From NCBI GenBank assembly GCA_051294905.1, contig CM119372.1:19284001-19344000 (forward strand): a stretch of 60,000 nucleotides of DNA, written 5' to 3'. Below, piece by piece: positions 50,496-60,000 of this stretch. Position 1 is the stretch's first letter. Every line of letters begins with the position of its first letter. The stretch comes from Botryllus schlosseri. Its lineage: Eukaryota. The translations under genes were made by a program, and so were the position numbers. The notes below the pieces were generated by a model that was not told the origin of the DNA, searched no databases, and worked only from the letters and a program-made list of their open reading frames with translations.

Positions 50496-52786
50496 GTACT
50501 GATATTATATCGGGAATTTGAAAAATCATTTTCACCCCTCTGCGACCTCATAAGCTGAACCACACCATGCTACAAGTCAAAAACACTATCCCAGCATCAC
50601 ACCAAAAAATATTTCAGCTTTCGGAACACAGTAGGGGACTCAGCAGAAGTAGGGGACTCAGCAGAATCCAATGAAAATGGATCATTTTCCAGGAAAAAAA
50701 ATGGCCGTACTGATATTATATCGGAAATTTGAAAAATCATTTTCACCCCTCTGCGACCTCATAAGCTGAACCACACCATGCTACAAGTCAAAAACACTAT
50801 CCCAGCATCACACCAAAAAATATTTCAGCTTTCGGAACACAGTAGGAGACTCAGCAGAATCCAATGAAAATGGATCATTTTCAGGAAAAAAATGGCCGTA
50901 CTGATATTATATCGGAAATTTGAAAAATCATTTTCACCCCTCTGCGACCTCATAAGCTGAACCACACCATGCTACAAGTCAATAGGACTATCCCAGCATC
51001 ACACCAAAAAATATTTCAGCTTTCGGAACACAGTAGGGGACTCAGCAGAATCCAATGAAAATGGATCATTTTCCAGGAAAAAATATGGCCGTCCTGATAT
51101 TATATCGGAAATTTGAAAAATCATTTTCACCCCTCTGTGACCTCATAAGCTGAACTACACCATGCTACAAGTCGAAAAGACTATCTCAGCATCACAACAA
51201 AAAATATTTCAGCCTTCGGAACACAGTAGGGGACTCAGCAGAATCCTATGAAAATGGATCATTTTCCAGGAAAAAAATGGCCGTACTGATATTATATCGG
51301 AAATTTGAAAAATCATTTTCACCCCTCTGCGACCTCATAAGCTGAACCACACCATGCTACAAGTCAATAGGACTATCCCAGCATCACACCAAAAAATATT
51401 TCAGCTTTCGGAACACAGTAGGGGACTCAGCAGAATCCAATGAAAATGGATCATTTTTCAGGAAACAGACGTGCCCGTACTGATATTATATCGGAAATTT
51501 GAAAAATCATTTTCACCCCTCTGCGACCTCATAAGCTGAACCACACCATGCTACAAGTCAATAGGACTATCCCAGCATCACACCAAAAAATATTTCAGCT
51601 TTCGGAACACAGTAGGGGACTCAGCAGAATCCAATGAAAATGGATCATTTTCCAGGAAAAGAAATGGCCGTACTGATATTATATCGGAAATTTGAAAAAT
51701 CATTTTCACCCCTCTGCGACCTCATAAGCTGAACCACACCATGCTACAAGTCAATAGGACTATCCCAACATCACAACAAAAAATATTTCAGCCTTCGGAA
51801 CACAGTAGGGGACTCAGCAGAATCCTATGAAAATGGATCATTTTTCAGGAAAAAAAATTACCGTACTGATATTATATCGGGAATTTGAAAAATCATTTTC
51901 ACCCCTCTGCGACCTCATAAGCTGAACCACACCATGCTACAAGTCAAAAACACTATCCCAGCATCACACCAAAAAATATTTCAGCTTTCGGAACACAGTA
52001 GGAGACTCAGCAGAATCCAATGAAAATGGATCATTTTCAGGAAAAAAATGGCCGTACTGATATTATATCGGAAATTTGAAAAATCATTTTCACCCCTCTG
52101 CGACCTCATAAGCTGAACCACACCATGCTACAAGTCAAAAACACTATCCCAGCATCACACCAAAAAATATTTCAGCTTTCGGAACACAGTAGGGGACTCA
52201 GCAGAAGTAGGGGACTCAGCAGAATCCAATGAAAATGGATCATTTTCCAGGAAAAAAAATTACCGTACTGATATTATATCGGAAATTTGAAAAATCATTT
52301 TCACCCCTCTGCGACCTCATAAGCTGAACCACACCATGCTACAAGTCAATAGGACTATCCCAACATCAAAACAAAAAATATTTCAGCCTTCGGAACACAG
52401 TAGGGGACTCAGCAGAATCCTATGAAAATGGATCATTTTTCAGGAAAAAAAATGGCCGTACTGATATTATATCGGGAATTTGAAAAATCATTTTCACCCC
52501 TCTGCGACCTCATAAGCTGAACCACACCATGCTACAAGTCAAAAACACTATCCCAGCATCACACCAAAAAATATTTCAGCCTTCGGAACACAGTAGGAGA
52601 CTCAGCAGAATCCAATGAAAATGGATCATTTTTCAGGAAAAAAATGGCCGTACTGATATTATATCGGAAATTTGAAAAATCATTTACACCCCTCTGCGAC
52701 CTCATAAGCTGAACCACACCATGCTACAAGTCAATAGGACTATCCCAGCATCACAACAAAAATGTTTAAGCCTTCGGAACACAGTA
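50496..52786. repeat. Tandem array, ~11.7 copies of a 191-194 bp unit
   Basis: Unit starts (gtactgatattatatcgg) at 50496, 50707, 50898, 51091, 51283, 51477, 51670, 51863, 52054, 52265, 52458, 52650; units 1 and 9 carry an extra 18-bp duplication (211 bp). Confidence 0.97.
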
Positions 52787-52868
52787 AATTGGCGATCGAT
52801 CCAAAATATGAAAGCAGTTTCATTCGGAATCAATATTCGTTCATAGTATAAATACAAAAAATATCATA

Positions 52869-55800
52869 TTACGCGTCCATCATCTCTTTAGCTGCAATGT
52901 AGCCGAGGTTGCGTGTGTGCATTACATATTTAATGCAGACCTCTTTCAGTATAACGTGTCGGAAGTATTCATCTGCACGAAAATCGGGCTCCAAGACTTT
53001 CATCAGTTCACAATCTTTTTTGATGACCGATGGATTGAACACATTCGTGATACATGGTGCTGAGTACGCGTGCACAGTGACAGTCGAATTGACACACTTT
53101 TTGAAGAGTTTCTTATGCAAACATAACTTTGACATCAGATACCAATACAAATTTCCAATTTCATCATCTGGTAATAAGTCAGACGGCGCTTTGGACGGAG
53201 TACGCTGAGCCAATCTGGATTGCATCATCATCAATTTCTTGTTGATAAGAAAAGATCTGTGAGTTTCATGATGTGGTTCCTGGCACGCGTTTCGAGGCCT
53301 TTCACACAAAGCTGTGAAGTACGAGACCAAACCGTCAGCAAAGATTTCGTCAAATTCTTGAGGTATTTTAAACATTATCATTTGGAACTCCGTCACATTT
53401 TCCATCCTAATTTCCAAATTTTCAATTGGTCTCATTCTTTTCCTCTTCACCATTTTTGGTTTGGGAGTCTCATCTTCGTCTGCGGTAGAATCATCGTCGC
53501 TTATAATCAGACGCTTATCTGGGCGTCTTACATAAAAAAAAATATATCCGTTCTGTGTCTTCGCAGTAGATGAAACGTCACGGCTTTCTCGATAAACGTT
53601 ATTGTCATCATAAACAACTGCGGTACCATCCTTTTTCATTACGTTGGTGACGTAGTGTCCCGCGTTGACCGATTCACCAAGCCTTGAAACTACGGCGTTT
53701 AAATTAAAGCACTTGCCTCCATACCTAATCTTTTCCGCTGCTGCGAGGCTGTAGGAAAGAATATTGCTGTGATCGTTCCTTGGCGCATGAACGACCAATA
53801 TACTCGGAGTCGACAAGATTTGACGATGCATATCCACCACAGAGTTACATTTCAAACAATGTTCTGTGGTCGAATCATCGAATTGCTTTCGGATATTGTC
53901 CTCCAGTGACTCAGTTGCATTATCCCCGACAACAAGACGAATGACTGTTATGTTTGTGGTCGATTGATTTATGAAGCCACAGGATTGGCAAGCTCCTCGT
54001 AATTCAATATGCGTATCGCAATTGAGGTTGGCCTTTTCCAAAATTGCGGGGATATTGCTGAGCTCGAAAAATTCTATGGCGTCTTGTTGTTGTCCCTCCG
54101 TAAACTTACAAGCCTCAGCTGATTCCCTGACGGCATTTTCAATTTCCAGGTCCGTACTTTCCTTGCGGTTTACTAGATTAGAAATGATTTGGGCTGTATG
54201 ATTAGTGGATTGGATTTCTTCAATTTCTCCCTCCCTGCTACATGGAAAGCACGAAGCTACTGCCTGTACAATTGAATTAAACCAACATGTGTTTCCCATG
54301 TTTTTCAATCCTATGGCAGCGACATCTTTCAGAATGAATCTTTCTCTAGATTTTTTGACATCGGAATGGACGACCTCTGATGTTCTTGCAAAATCGTAAA
54401 GAATCCAATGGCGAAAATGTGTTTGATCTAATGGGAATTCCTCGGTTCCTGCAGAGCATATCACGCGAGCGACAAGGCAAACGCAAACTCCACAGCTGCT
54501 GTTGTCCACCTGCTTCATCACATTCCTTGTCTTGCACCGCGCCTTTAGTATCCGTTTTTGGCTGGATCTAGAACGTCCCAATATGGAGCGTAGTCGTTGT
54601 TCTGCAAGTTTGGCCAGATCCTCTTTATTGTTTGAAGAAGAATCAATCAAATACCATATGTTTGAATGTTTTGAGTACCACAGAAGAAAAAAGTGTTCGT
54701 TGTACAAAACAGGGAGAAGAAGGTGGTCTGGAACATCTCCTGCTGCGTTCATCAGTACAGAAGAAAATTTCACCGCTGCTGATTCCTCAATTTCCGTTGG
54801 GTTTTGTAATAAGATCAAATTATTATATGTGTCTGAAAAGCCGAATCTTTTCAGGCCCAGCTCTTTATTCAGATTCATAACGCACTGGCAAATATATGAG
54901 TTGACCACGTCTGCCGTAAGCCACCCTGGATAAGTCGTGTTTAAAACATGTGACTGAATTTTGTTCATGACAATCTCATCAGGATCCAAACACAAGCTGT
55001 AAACGTCCATCCAAGATACATGTGCACCATTTGAAGTGGAGAAGGCTATTTCTTTGAATTCTTCAAACAAGTGTTCATGGTCGTGCCACAATGATCTCGC
55101 AAAAGCGTAGACCTGATTTAGCTGACTCATATTGATATCACTTTCCAACACCCCATTTTTCAAATTATCAAGTCGACAAATGATAGCACCTTCCGAGACG
55201 TCGTCAGCAACTGTGACACCGCGAAATTTCAAATGTGCCGCAGCTTTTTTTGACACGTAGTATCCCGAAGCCCGTCGTTTTCGTTTCTTGAATACTGATT
55301 TGATGAGTTGATGATTCGGATCAGGAGTCTTAGCATTCGATGAAGACGTTCTCTGAAACCTGTTTTTCGTTTTATTTGATTTCTCGTTTGTACTTTTTCT
55401 GTAACCTTTATGGAAAACTGTATCGCAGTATATTTCGCAAGACCTTGACACTTCGTTGCCGTATTTTAGGATAAATTTATCCAAAGAGCATTTCGATGTG
55501 GTATTTTCAAAGTAAATATTTTTCAATTGGAAAAAATGTTCCTCAATTATTCCCTGGGTTCGATTGTTTTTACATATAGACTGTATTCCCTTTTCATTAC
55601 TTTGCTTTTCAAGATTGTTGTAAAATTTTGCATATTTGGCATAAAAAGCAGTGACTGAATTTTCATTGACGTGTCGCGATAAGTCTCCAAGCAAAAGGCC
55701 GGACGTGGCTGCGAGTTTTGGAAAAAATATCGACATCAATTTTTCCATAAAATTGTCGGAGAAATATGCATTTTCCTCGGGGTATTTTTCTTTACAATTT

Positions 55801-58445
55801 CCGTTTCTGTATGATTCACTGTGCTTGAATTCGTTGATCATTTTCTCATAGCGTAAATAGAAGGGCGACTTGAGCTCCTGTTTTTTGTCCAGCGACGCAA
55901 CATTCGAAAAAAAATCTTCATCGTTGCCGAATTCGTCAGAGTCTTCCTCTTCGGACGCCAAGTCGCGTGATTTGTTAATACTCTTGTGTTGTTGCAGACG
56001 TCGATAGCACGATACCACATCGGGAGTGTTCTGCCTCGAAAGGAGGATAGTACATAAGTTCCGTATTATAAAGTCCAACTCGTCCATAGTGGTGGCCATA
56101 AACAATAAACTGATCCAGTGCATTGCATCCTTATGTACATTCTTCTTGTAATGTTTATTACACATCCGTGACGCAGCCTTCATGCAATGGCTCAAACAAT
56201 TTAAAACGAAACTGTGGTCAAGATCGTGCTCCTGGGCATTGCCAGTCGCAATTCGGTACACCCTTTCGTAATATTGTAATCTGGTTTCTCTGCAATACAC
56301 CCATAACACTGAATTCCAAAGAGCAAGAGCCCCATCGATCAAAAATAGTCTAGGAATCGCTTTTGGGGGAGCAGCATCCTTGAAACGCTGTAAAAATGTT
56401 ACAATACTTGAGGTCGTGTGTGATGCTGTTACATAAGTAGCAACAGGCAATCCAGGATAACCCTCATATGGACATCGCATAAGCAATGAATAAATTTGGT
56501 ATGCAGGGTGACCGGAGCGAGAGCGAATTATACCAGATGAGCTGTCAAAATAAACTCCGTCCTTCCGACATAAGTCCGCGAATAGTTCTAACTGTGCTTT
56601 GCTGAATAGCGTTGCCCCTAGTTCAGGAAATCCTTCCCAGTGACGCAAAAAGTTAGAACCGTCGTTTTGATATTTCTCGGCCAGGAGTTTAAGATTTTGC
56701 AAGACATCATGTGTCCAGTTCTGAGGCAGTCCAATACTACTCTTTACCTGTCTGAGAACAGATGCAGATGGGACATTTGTATGCGAGCCACAAATTCTCT
56801 CAGTTTCTGACAGTTGACCCCTTAAGTCCCTATAAACTTTTGTTGCCGATCTACCTTCAAGGCGTCCTCTTAGTAATTCGATTTGCGGCCCTCGAACGGG
56901 TCGCGAACGAATACATGTTATTTTGTGGTCGCGTGTACCGCTCAAATCAAGCTCGCAAACTACATTTTCCGGTTTACTAAAGATGTCGATGGTTCCATGG
57001 AGCCCACATCCACAACAAGAATGATGTACGCATCTTAGTCTGATATAGCCTTCGTGGTAAAGATCTGTGTTTTCGAGGCTGAATCCACTGCGTGGCGCTT
57101 TAAGATAGTGGTAATGGACTACTGGCACACATTTGTCATAAACCGATCTAACGACATCAAACAGGGGCAAGTAGTAATGTGAATCTTTATGGAATCTATG
57201 TGGCGAGCGATCTTTGCAGATTTTTAGCCACTCCTCTATTGTCATGCACCATGTATGCGAAAGTTGAACATTTTCTTTTTCAATTGCGACATTGTTTGAT
57301 TCAAGATTTCCTAACTGTTGTAGAACGCTCATTCTCACACATGGATTACTGTTGCTTCCGTCGTTTTCTGTTTCACCGAGTGGTAAAGTCAGCTCATGGT
57401 CTGATCCTGCTTGGGGCTGTTTCGTGTGTTGGTTTACGATTGTGTTGCAATGTTCTGCAGAAGGGTTGTTATGCAGGCTCGGCAAGGAGTGCTCGATTTC
57501 AAGATCTACTTCAGTTTCATGTCCCATACTTGTCTGCAAGTTGTGCGCAGGAGATTCATTCATCAGCAAACTTGAGCTTGAACTAGTATTGTTACGGTGG
57601 CGGAATATCTGTCCAATGGGATTTATGAGGTCTACAACGCGGTCTGCATCCTCGCATATGAGATTGCATCGCCTCCACTGGGTATCACCAAACGTGATTT
57701 CTAGACTATTTTTACCGAACACACATGAAGGGTGGAACCACGTATCACATATTTCGCACTGCACCATGAAATCTCCTTCCTTATAAGGCATCTGGCATAT
57801 GCAGTGTAGCTCGGCACGGTCTATGGAAATGTGGCTCGCAGTGATGCCATCGTCTGCAACAGCAGCTTCTTGGTTAATTCCATCTCGGACGGTATCTGAC
57901 TGTGTTTGTTCACATGTTGTTTTTTCCTGGGTTTTGCTTTCAACAGTTGTCTCAGCTTGTATACTTTGATCATTCTTTTCGTCACAATCATTCGAAATTT
58001 CAGTCAGATCAATAGATGCTTTTGTTTTTATTACATTTGGTGAAAACTCATCAGTGTCCACGTTATCGCATAAATCATCATCTGACATTGCATTTTCTGT
58101 TAGTAGGCTCTCAGAATCTTCATTGGTTTTACGAAGCACAGCGGTTATATTCCAACCACGTAGAATTTTACCAACATTCCGTTTACAAGTCTTGAGGTGG
58201 TTGCTCGAAAGGTACTTTTTTGCAGCAGAAATGTGATCGGTAGCCGCGACTTGACCTGTCTCTATCATTGCTTCTAGCGCAGTTCTGTTATTTTTAACCA
58301 GGTTTGCGAAGCTTTGTAACCGGTCTTTAGGCCTATTCGTTTTCCAATGTTTAGTTTGTAATAAGAAGTTCATCATTTCGGTAGAATTGAAGTGCGCGAG
58401 GTTTTTAATGTCATGTTCCATGCAATACTTCGCGACTGCCTTCAC
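52869..58445 (-). CDS. Multidomain Mutator-like (MULE / FB-NOF-type) transposase fused to a PHD finger, a Ulp1/SENP (C48) protease and a USP (C19) deubiquitinase
   Basis: PHD HCIC..VQCEICDTWFHPSC (~57650-57810); MULE triad VYFDSS (D ~56545), FLIDGA (D ~56335), CLSH (CxxH), TQGIIEEHFFQLK (E ~55540); Ulp1 GWLTADVVNSY..NEHFFL..LIDS..KQVDNSSCGVCV (~54400-54930); USP GLKNMGNTCWFNSIVQ..QQDAIEF..GHYVT..YDDNNV (~53530-54315). True start uncertain (GTG 58445, first ATG 58421). Confidence 0.85.
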   Translation of the reverse strand: MKAVAKYCMEHDIKNLAHFNSTEMMNFLLQTKHWKTNRPKDRLQSFANLVKNNRTALEAMIETGQVAATDHISAAKKYLSSNHLKTCKRNVGKILRGWNITAVLRKTNEDSESLLTENAMSDDDLCDNVDTDEFSPNVIKTKASIDLTEISNDCDEKNDQSIQAETTVESKTQEKTTCEQTQSDTVRDGINQEAAVADDGITASHISIDRAELHCICQMPYKEGDFMVQCEICDTWFHPSCVFGKNSLEITFGDTQWRRCNLICEDADRVVDLINPIGQIFRHRNNTSSSSSLLMNESPAHNLQTSMGHETEVDLEIEHSLPSLHNNPSAEHCNTIVNQHTKQPQAGSDHELTLPLGETENDGSNSNPCVRMSVLQQLGNLESNNVAIEKENVQLSHTWCMTIEEWLKICKDRSPHRFHKDSHYYLPLFDVVRSVYDKCVPVVHYHYLKAPRSGFSLENTDLYHEGYIRLRCVHHSCCGCGLHGTIDIFSKPENVVCELDLSGTRDHKITCIRSRPVRGPQIELLRGRLEGRSATKVYRDLRGQLSETERICGSHTNVPSASVLRQVKSSIGLPQNWTHDVLQNLKLLAEKYQNDGSNFLRHWEGFPELGATLFSKAQLELFADLCRKDGVYFDSSSGIIRSRSGHPAYQIYSLLMRCPYEGYPGLPVATYVTASHTTSSIVTFLQRFKDAAPPKAIPRLFLIDGALALWNSVLWVYCRETRLQYYERVYRIATGNAQEHDLDHSFVLNCLSHCMKAASRMCNKHYKKNVHKDAMHWISLLFMATTMDELDFIIRNLCTILLSRQNTPDVVSCYRRLQQHKSINKSRDLASEEEDSDEFGNDEDFFSNVASLDKKQELKSPFYLRYEKMINEFKHSESYRNGNCKEKYPEENAYFSDNFMEKLMSIFFPKLAATSGLLLGDLSRHVNENSVTAFYAKYAKFYNNLEKQSNEKGIQSICKNNRTQGIIEEHFFQLKNIYFENTTSKCSLDKFILKYGNEVSRSCEIYCDTVFHKGYRKSTNEKSNKTKNRFQRTSSSNAKTPDPNHQLIKSVFKKRKRRASGYYVSKKAAAHLKFRGVTVADDVSEGAIICRLDNLKNGVLESDINMSQLNQVYAFARSLWHDHEHLFEEFKEIAFSTSNGAHVSWMDVYSLCLDPDEIVMNKIQSHVLNTTYPGWLTADVVNSYICQCVMNLNKELGLKRFGFSDTYNNLILLQNPTEIEESAAVKFSSVLMNAAGDVPDHLLLPVLYNEHFFLLWYSKHSNIWYLIDSSSNNKEDLAKLAEQRLRSILGRSRSSQKRILKARCKTRNVMKQVDNSSCGVCVCLVARVICSAGTEEFPLDQTHFRHWILYDFARTSEVVHSDVKKSRERFILKDVAAIGLKNMGNTCWFNSIVQAVASCFPCSREGEIEEIQSTNHTAQIISNLVNRKESTDLEIENAVRESAEACKFTEGQQQDAIEFFELSNIPAILEKANLNCDTHIELRGACQSCGFINQSTTNITVIRLVVGDNATESLEDNIRKQFDDSTTEHCLKCNSVVDMHRQILSTPSILVVHAPRNDHSNILSYSLAAAEKIRYGGKCFNLNAVVSRLGESVNAGHYVTNVMKKDGTAVVYDDNNVYRESRDVSSTAKTQNGYIFFYVRRPDKRLIISDDDSTADEDETPKPKMVKRKRMRPIENLEIRMENVTEFQMIMFKIPQEFDEIFADGLVSYFTALCERPRNACQEPHHETHRSFLINKKLMMMQSRLAQRTPSKAPSDLLPDDEIGNLYWYLMSKLCLHKKLFKKCVNSTVTVHAYSAPCITNVFNPSVIKKDCELMKVLEPDFRADEYFRHVILKEVCIKYVMHTRNLGYIAAKEMMDA

Positions 58446-59648
58446 AATTCTATCATCTTTCCGGTCCCGTCCACCGCCTGTCTGACTTATCAGCTCAGTT
58501 CGGCACCTGGAATGAGAATAAATTCAGACACTGCATGGATTAAGCCTAATTGTAATCACAAATACAAGAGAACGGTATATTTTGCCTTTATTCTAGAGTT
58601 TGCGAATATGTTGAACGTAATCAGCTTCCAAAATAACCTGTAAGTCTGGGCAAAGGTACTGACTTCTTTTAGTAGGCCTAATCAGCTCGTAAAATTCTGA
58701 TCTGGGCCACGGAACATTTCCAAATTGGAGGCGGAGTCGCCCAGAAGTTGCATCGATTACCCAATAGTGTGGGCTCAAAATCATTGTTTATTTGGGTGGG
58801 AGGGGGCTAAAACATGTGCTTTCGGTCCCGGTTACACAACACACAGCCACATACTCCTGAACCGGACCGTGACAACCTCGGGTCTATAAGAAAAGCTGAA
58901 ATATGGTAACCCTAACCTAGTATAAAGAATTAAAATGCACGGCATCTGTATTAAGTAACAACCTGCAGTGATTCGTATCTCAAAGGAGTATAATCTGCTG
59001 CTCGCTAATTTATCTAGTCAACGACAGGCCTGTCCAACAGCATATATACATATATACAATATACTTATACATACAACAGGCAATGTGCGCAAGATCTAAT
59101 CGCTTGCCAAATCAGTGACATCTCGAACAGGCCTCGTGATCACGGTATGGTATTCTTACTTTGTGTGGATCAAATTCTTCATCCTTTTCTGTTTCCTTCG
59201 CCATCGCATGTTTGCATGTAGCGTATAATTCCTTTACAGGGATCTCACCTAAATTTTGCCAACTGCTGAACTATGTACTAAATGAAGAATCGAAAATTTT
59301 GACGCGAATAACCAATGTAGCCCTCCTATCGAGACATGGCCCAAGCATGCGCCAGCAGGTATCAAAGGCATGTTTACTCTCAACTCCAACATTAAATACA
59401 GCCTATCTGCACTCCAGGGGTACCAAAAATTGATTCTGACCTATTCCCACCGTCATTACATGACTGTATGCGATCTCAGAATAAAAGCACTGTGATGAAG
59501 CAATAAATTTGAAGAAACCTATAAGTTCTGTGTCGTCTCCTCAACCTGACAACCATTCCTGTATCTACGACCACATGTTGAGGGGCCGTACTGAGTCAAT
59601 CGCATACTGTTCGTCAGTGCATCAGTGGTTTCGGGGAACGACGAAAGA

Positions 59649-60000
59649 GAAAACGACGGAAGCAGTAGTCCATGTGTGACAATGAGCTTTCTGCAACAAT
59701 TAGGAAATCTTGAATCAATCGACGTCACAATTGGATCGACGTCACAATTGGAAAAGACAATGTTCAACTTTCACACACATGGTACATGACAATAGTGGAG
59801 TGGCTTAAAATATGCAAAGATCGCTCGCCACATAGATTCCATGAAGATTCACATTACTTTTTGCCCCTGTTTGATGTCGTCAGATGGGTTTATGACAAAT
59901 GTGCGCCAGTAGTCCACTACCAATACACTATCCTAAAGCGCCACGCAGTGGATTCAGCCTCGTAAGCACATTATCTTTAAGATGAAGGTTATATCAGGCT
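59649..60000 (+). pseudogene. Decayed inverted copy of part of the large transposase ORF, running off the window
   Basis: Aligns by eye to the reverse complement of ~57040-57372, with a 17-bp tandem duplication (atcgacgtcacaattgg x2), a ~7-bp insertion and other disruptions. Confidence 0.9.

Larger units (their letters stand above)
50197..58790 (-). mobile_element. Putative large Mutator/Foldback-like DNA transposon (tandem-repeat arm plus transposase ORF); boundaries uncertain, far end not seen
   Basis: MULE transposase ORF abutting a tandem array; candidate terminus GGGTGAGGTGTCCGCAC at 50197 is inferred only. Confidence 0.55.

Noticed and set aside
50496..52786. CRISPR-like array
   Set aside because: Whole ~192-bp units repeat with no unique spacers and no cas genes; eukaryotic context.
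52909..57786. Numerous + strand ORFs of 60-164 aa
   Set aside because: Antisense shadows of the large minus-strand ORF with no independent motifs.
52869..58445. Host USP or SENP gene, or a Zisupton/KDZ or Polinton element
   Set aside because: Intronless with a MULE-type D..D..CxxH..E core and a nearby decayed copy; I see no KDZ-type CxC motifs, protein-primed polymerase or capsid motifs.

Overview
Animal genomic DNA with short ~55-65 bp introns and dense hAT MITEs; an invertebrate chordate such as an ascidian is plausible but not provable from the sequence. (1) 593-24097, minus strand: a clade-A fibrillar collagen gene. I assembled 43 coding exons by hand: signal peptide, vWC N-propeptide, a major triple helix of exactly 1014 residues, and a COLFI C-propeptide whose last exon lies left of the window. 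A stem-loop encloses its start codon. (2) ~27-43.5 kb and several collagen introns: many nested non-autonomous hAT elements with 8-bp target-site duplications. (3) ~43.9-45.4 kb: weak, decayed ORF-like sequence. (4) 47601-49460, minus: an intronless IQCB1/NPHP5 orthologue. (5) ~50.2-60 kb: the strongest novelty candidate, a Mutator/FB-NOF-like element. It has a ~192-bp tandem array and an uninterrupted 1858-codon ORF fusing a PHD finger, a MULE DDE transposase, a Ulp1/SENP (C48) protease and a USP (C19) deubiquitinase, all with catalytic motifs intact. A decayed inverted copy follows at the window edge.
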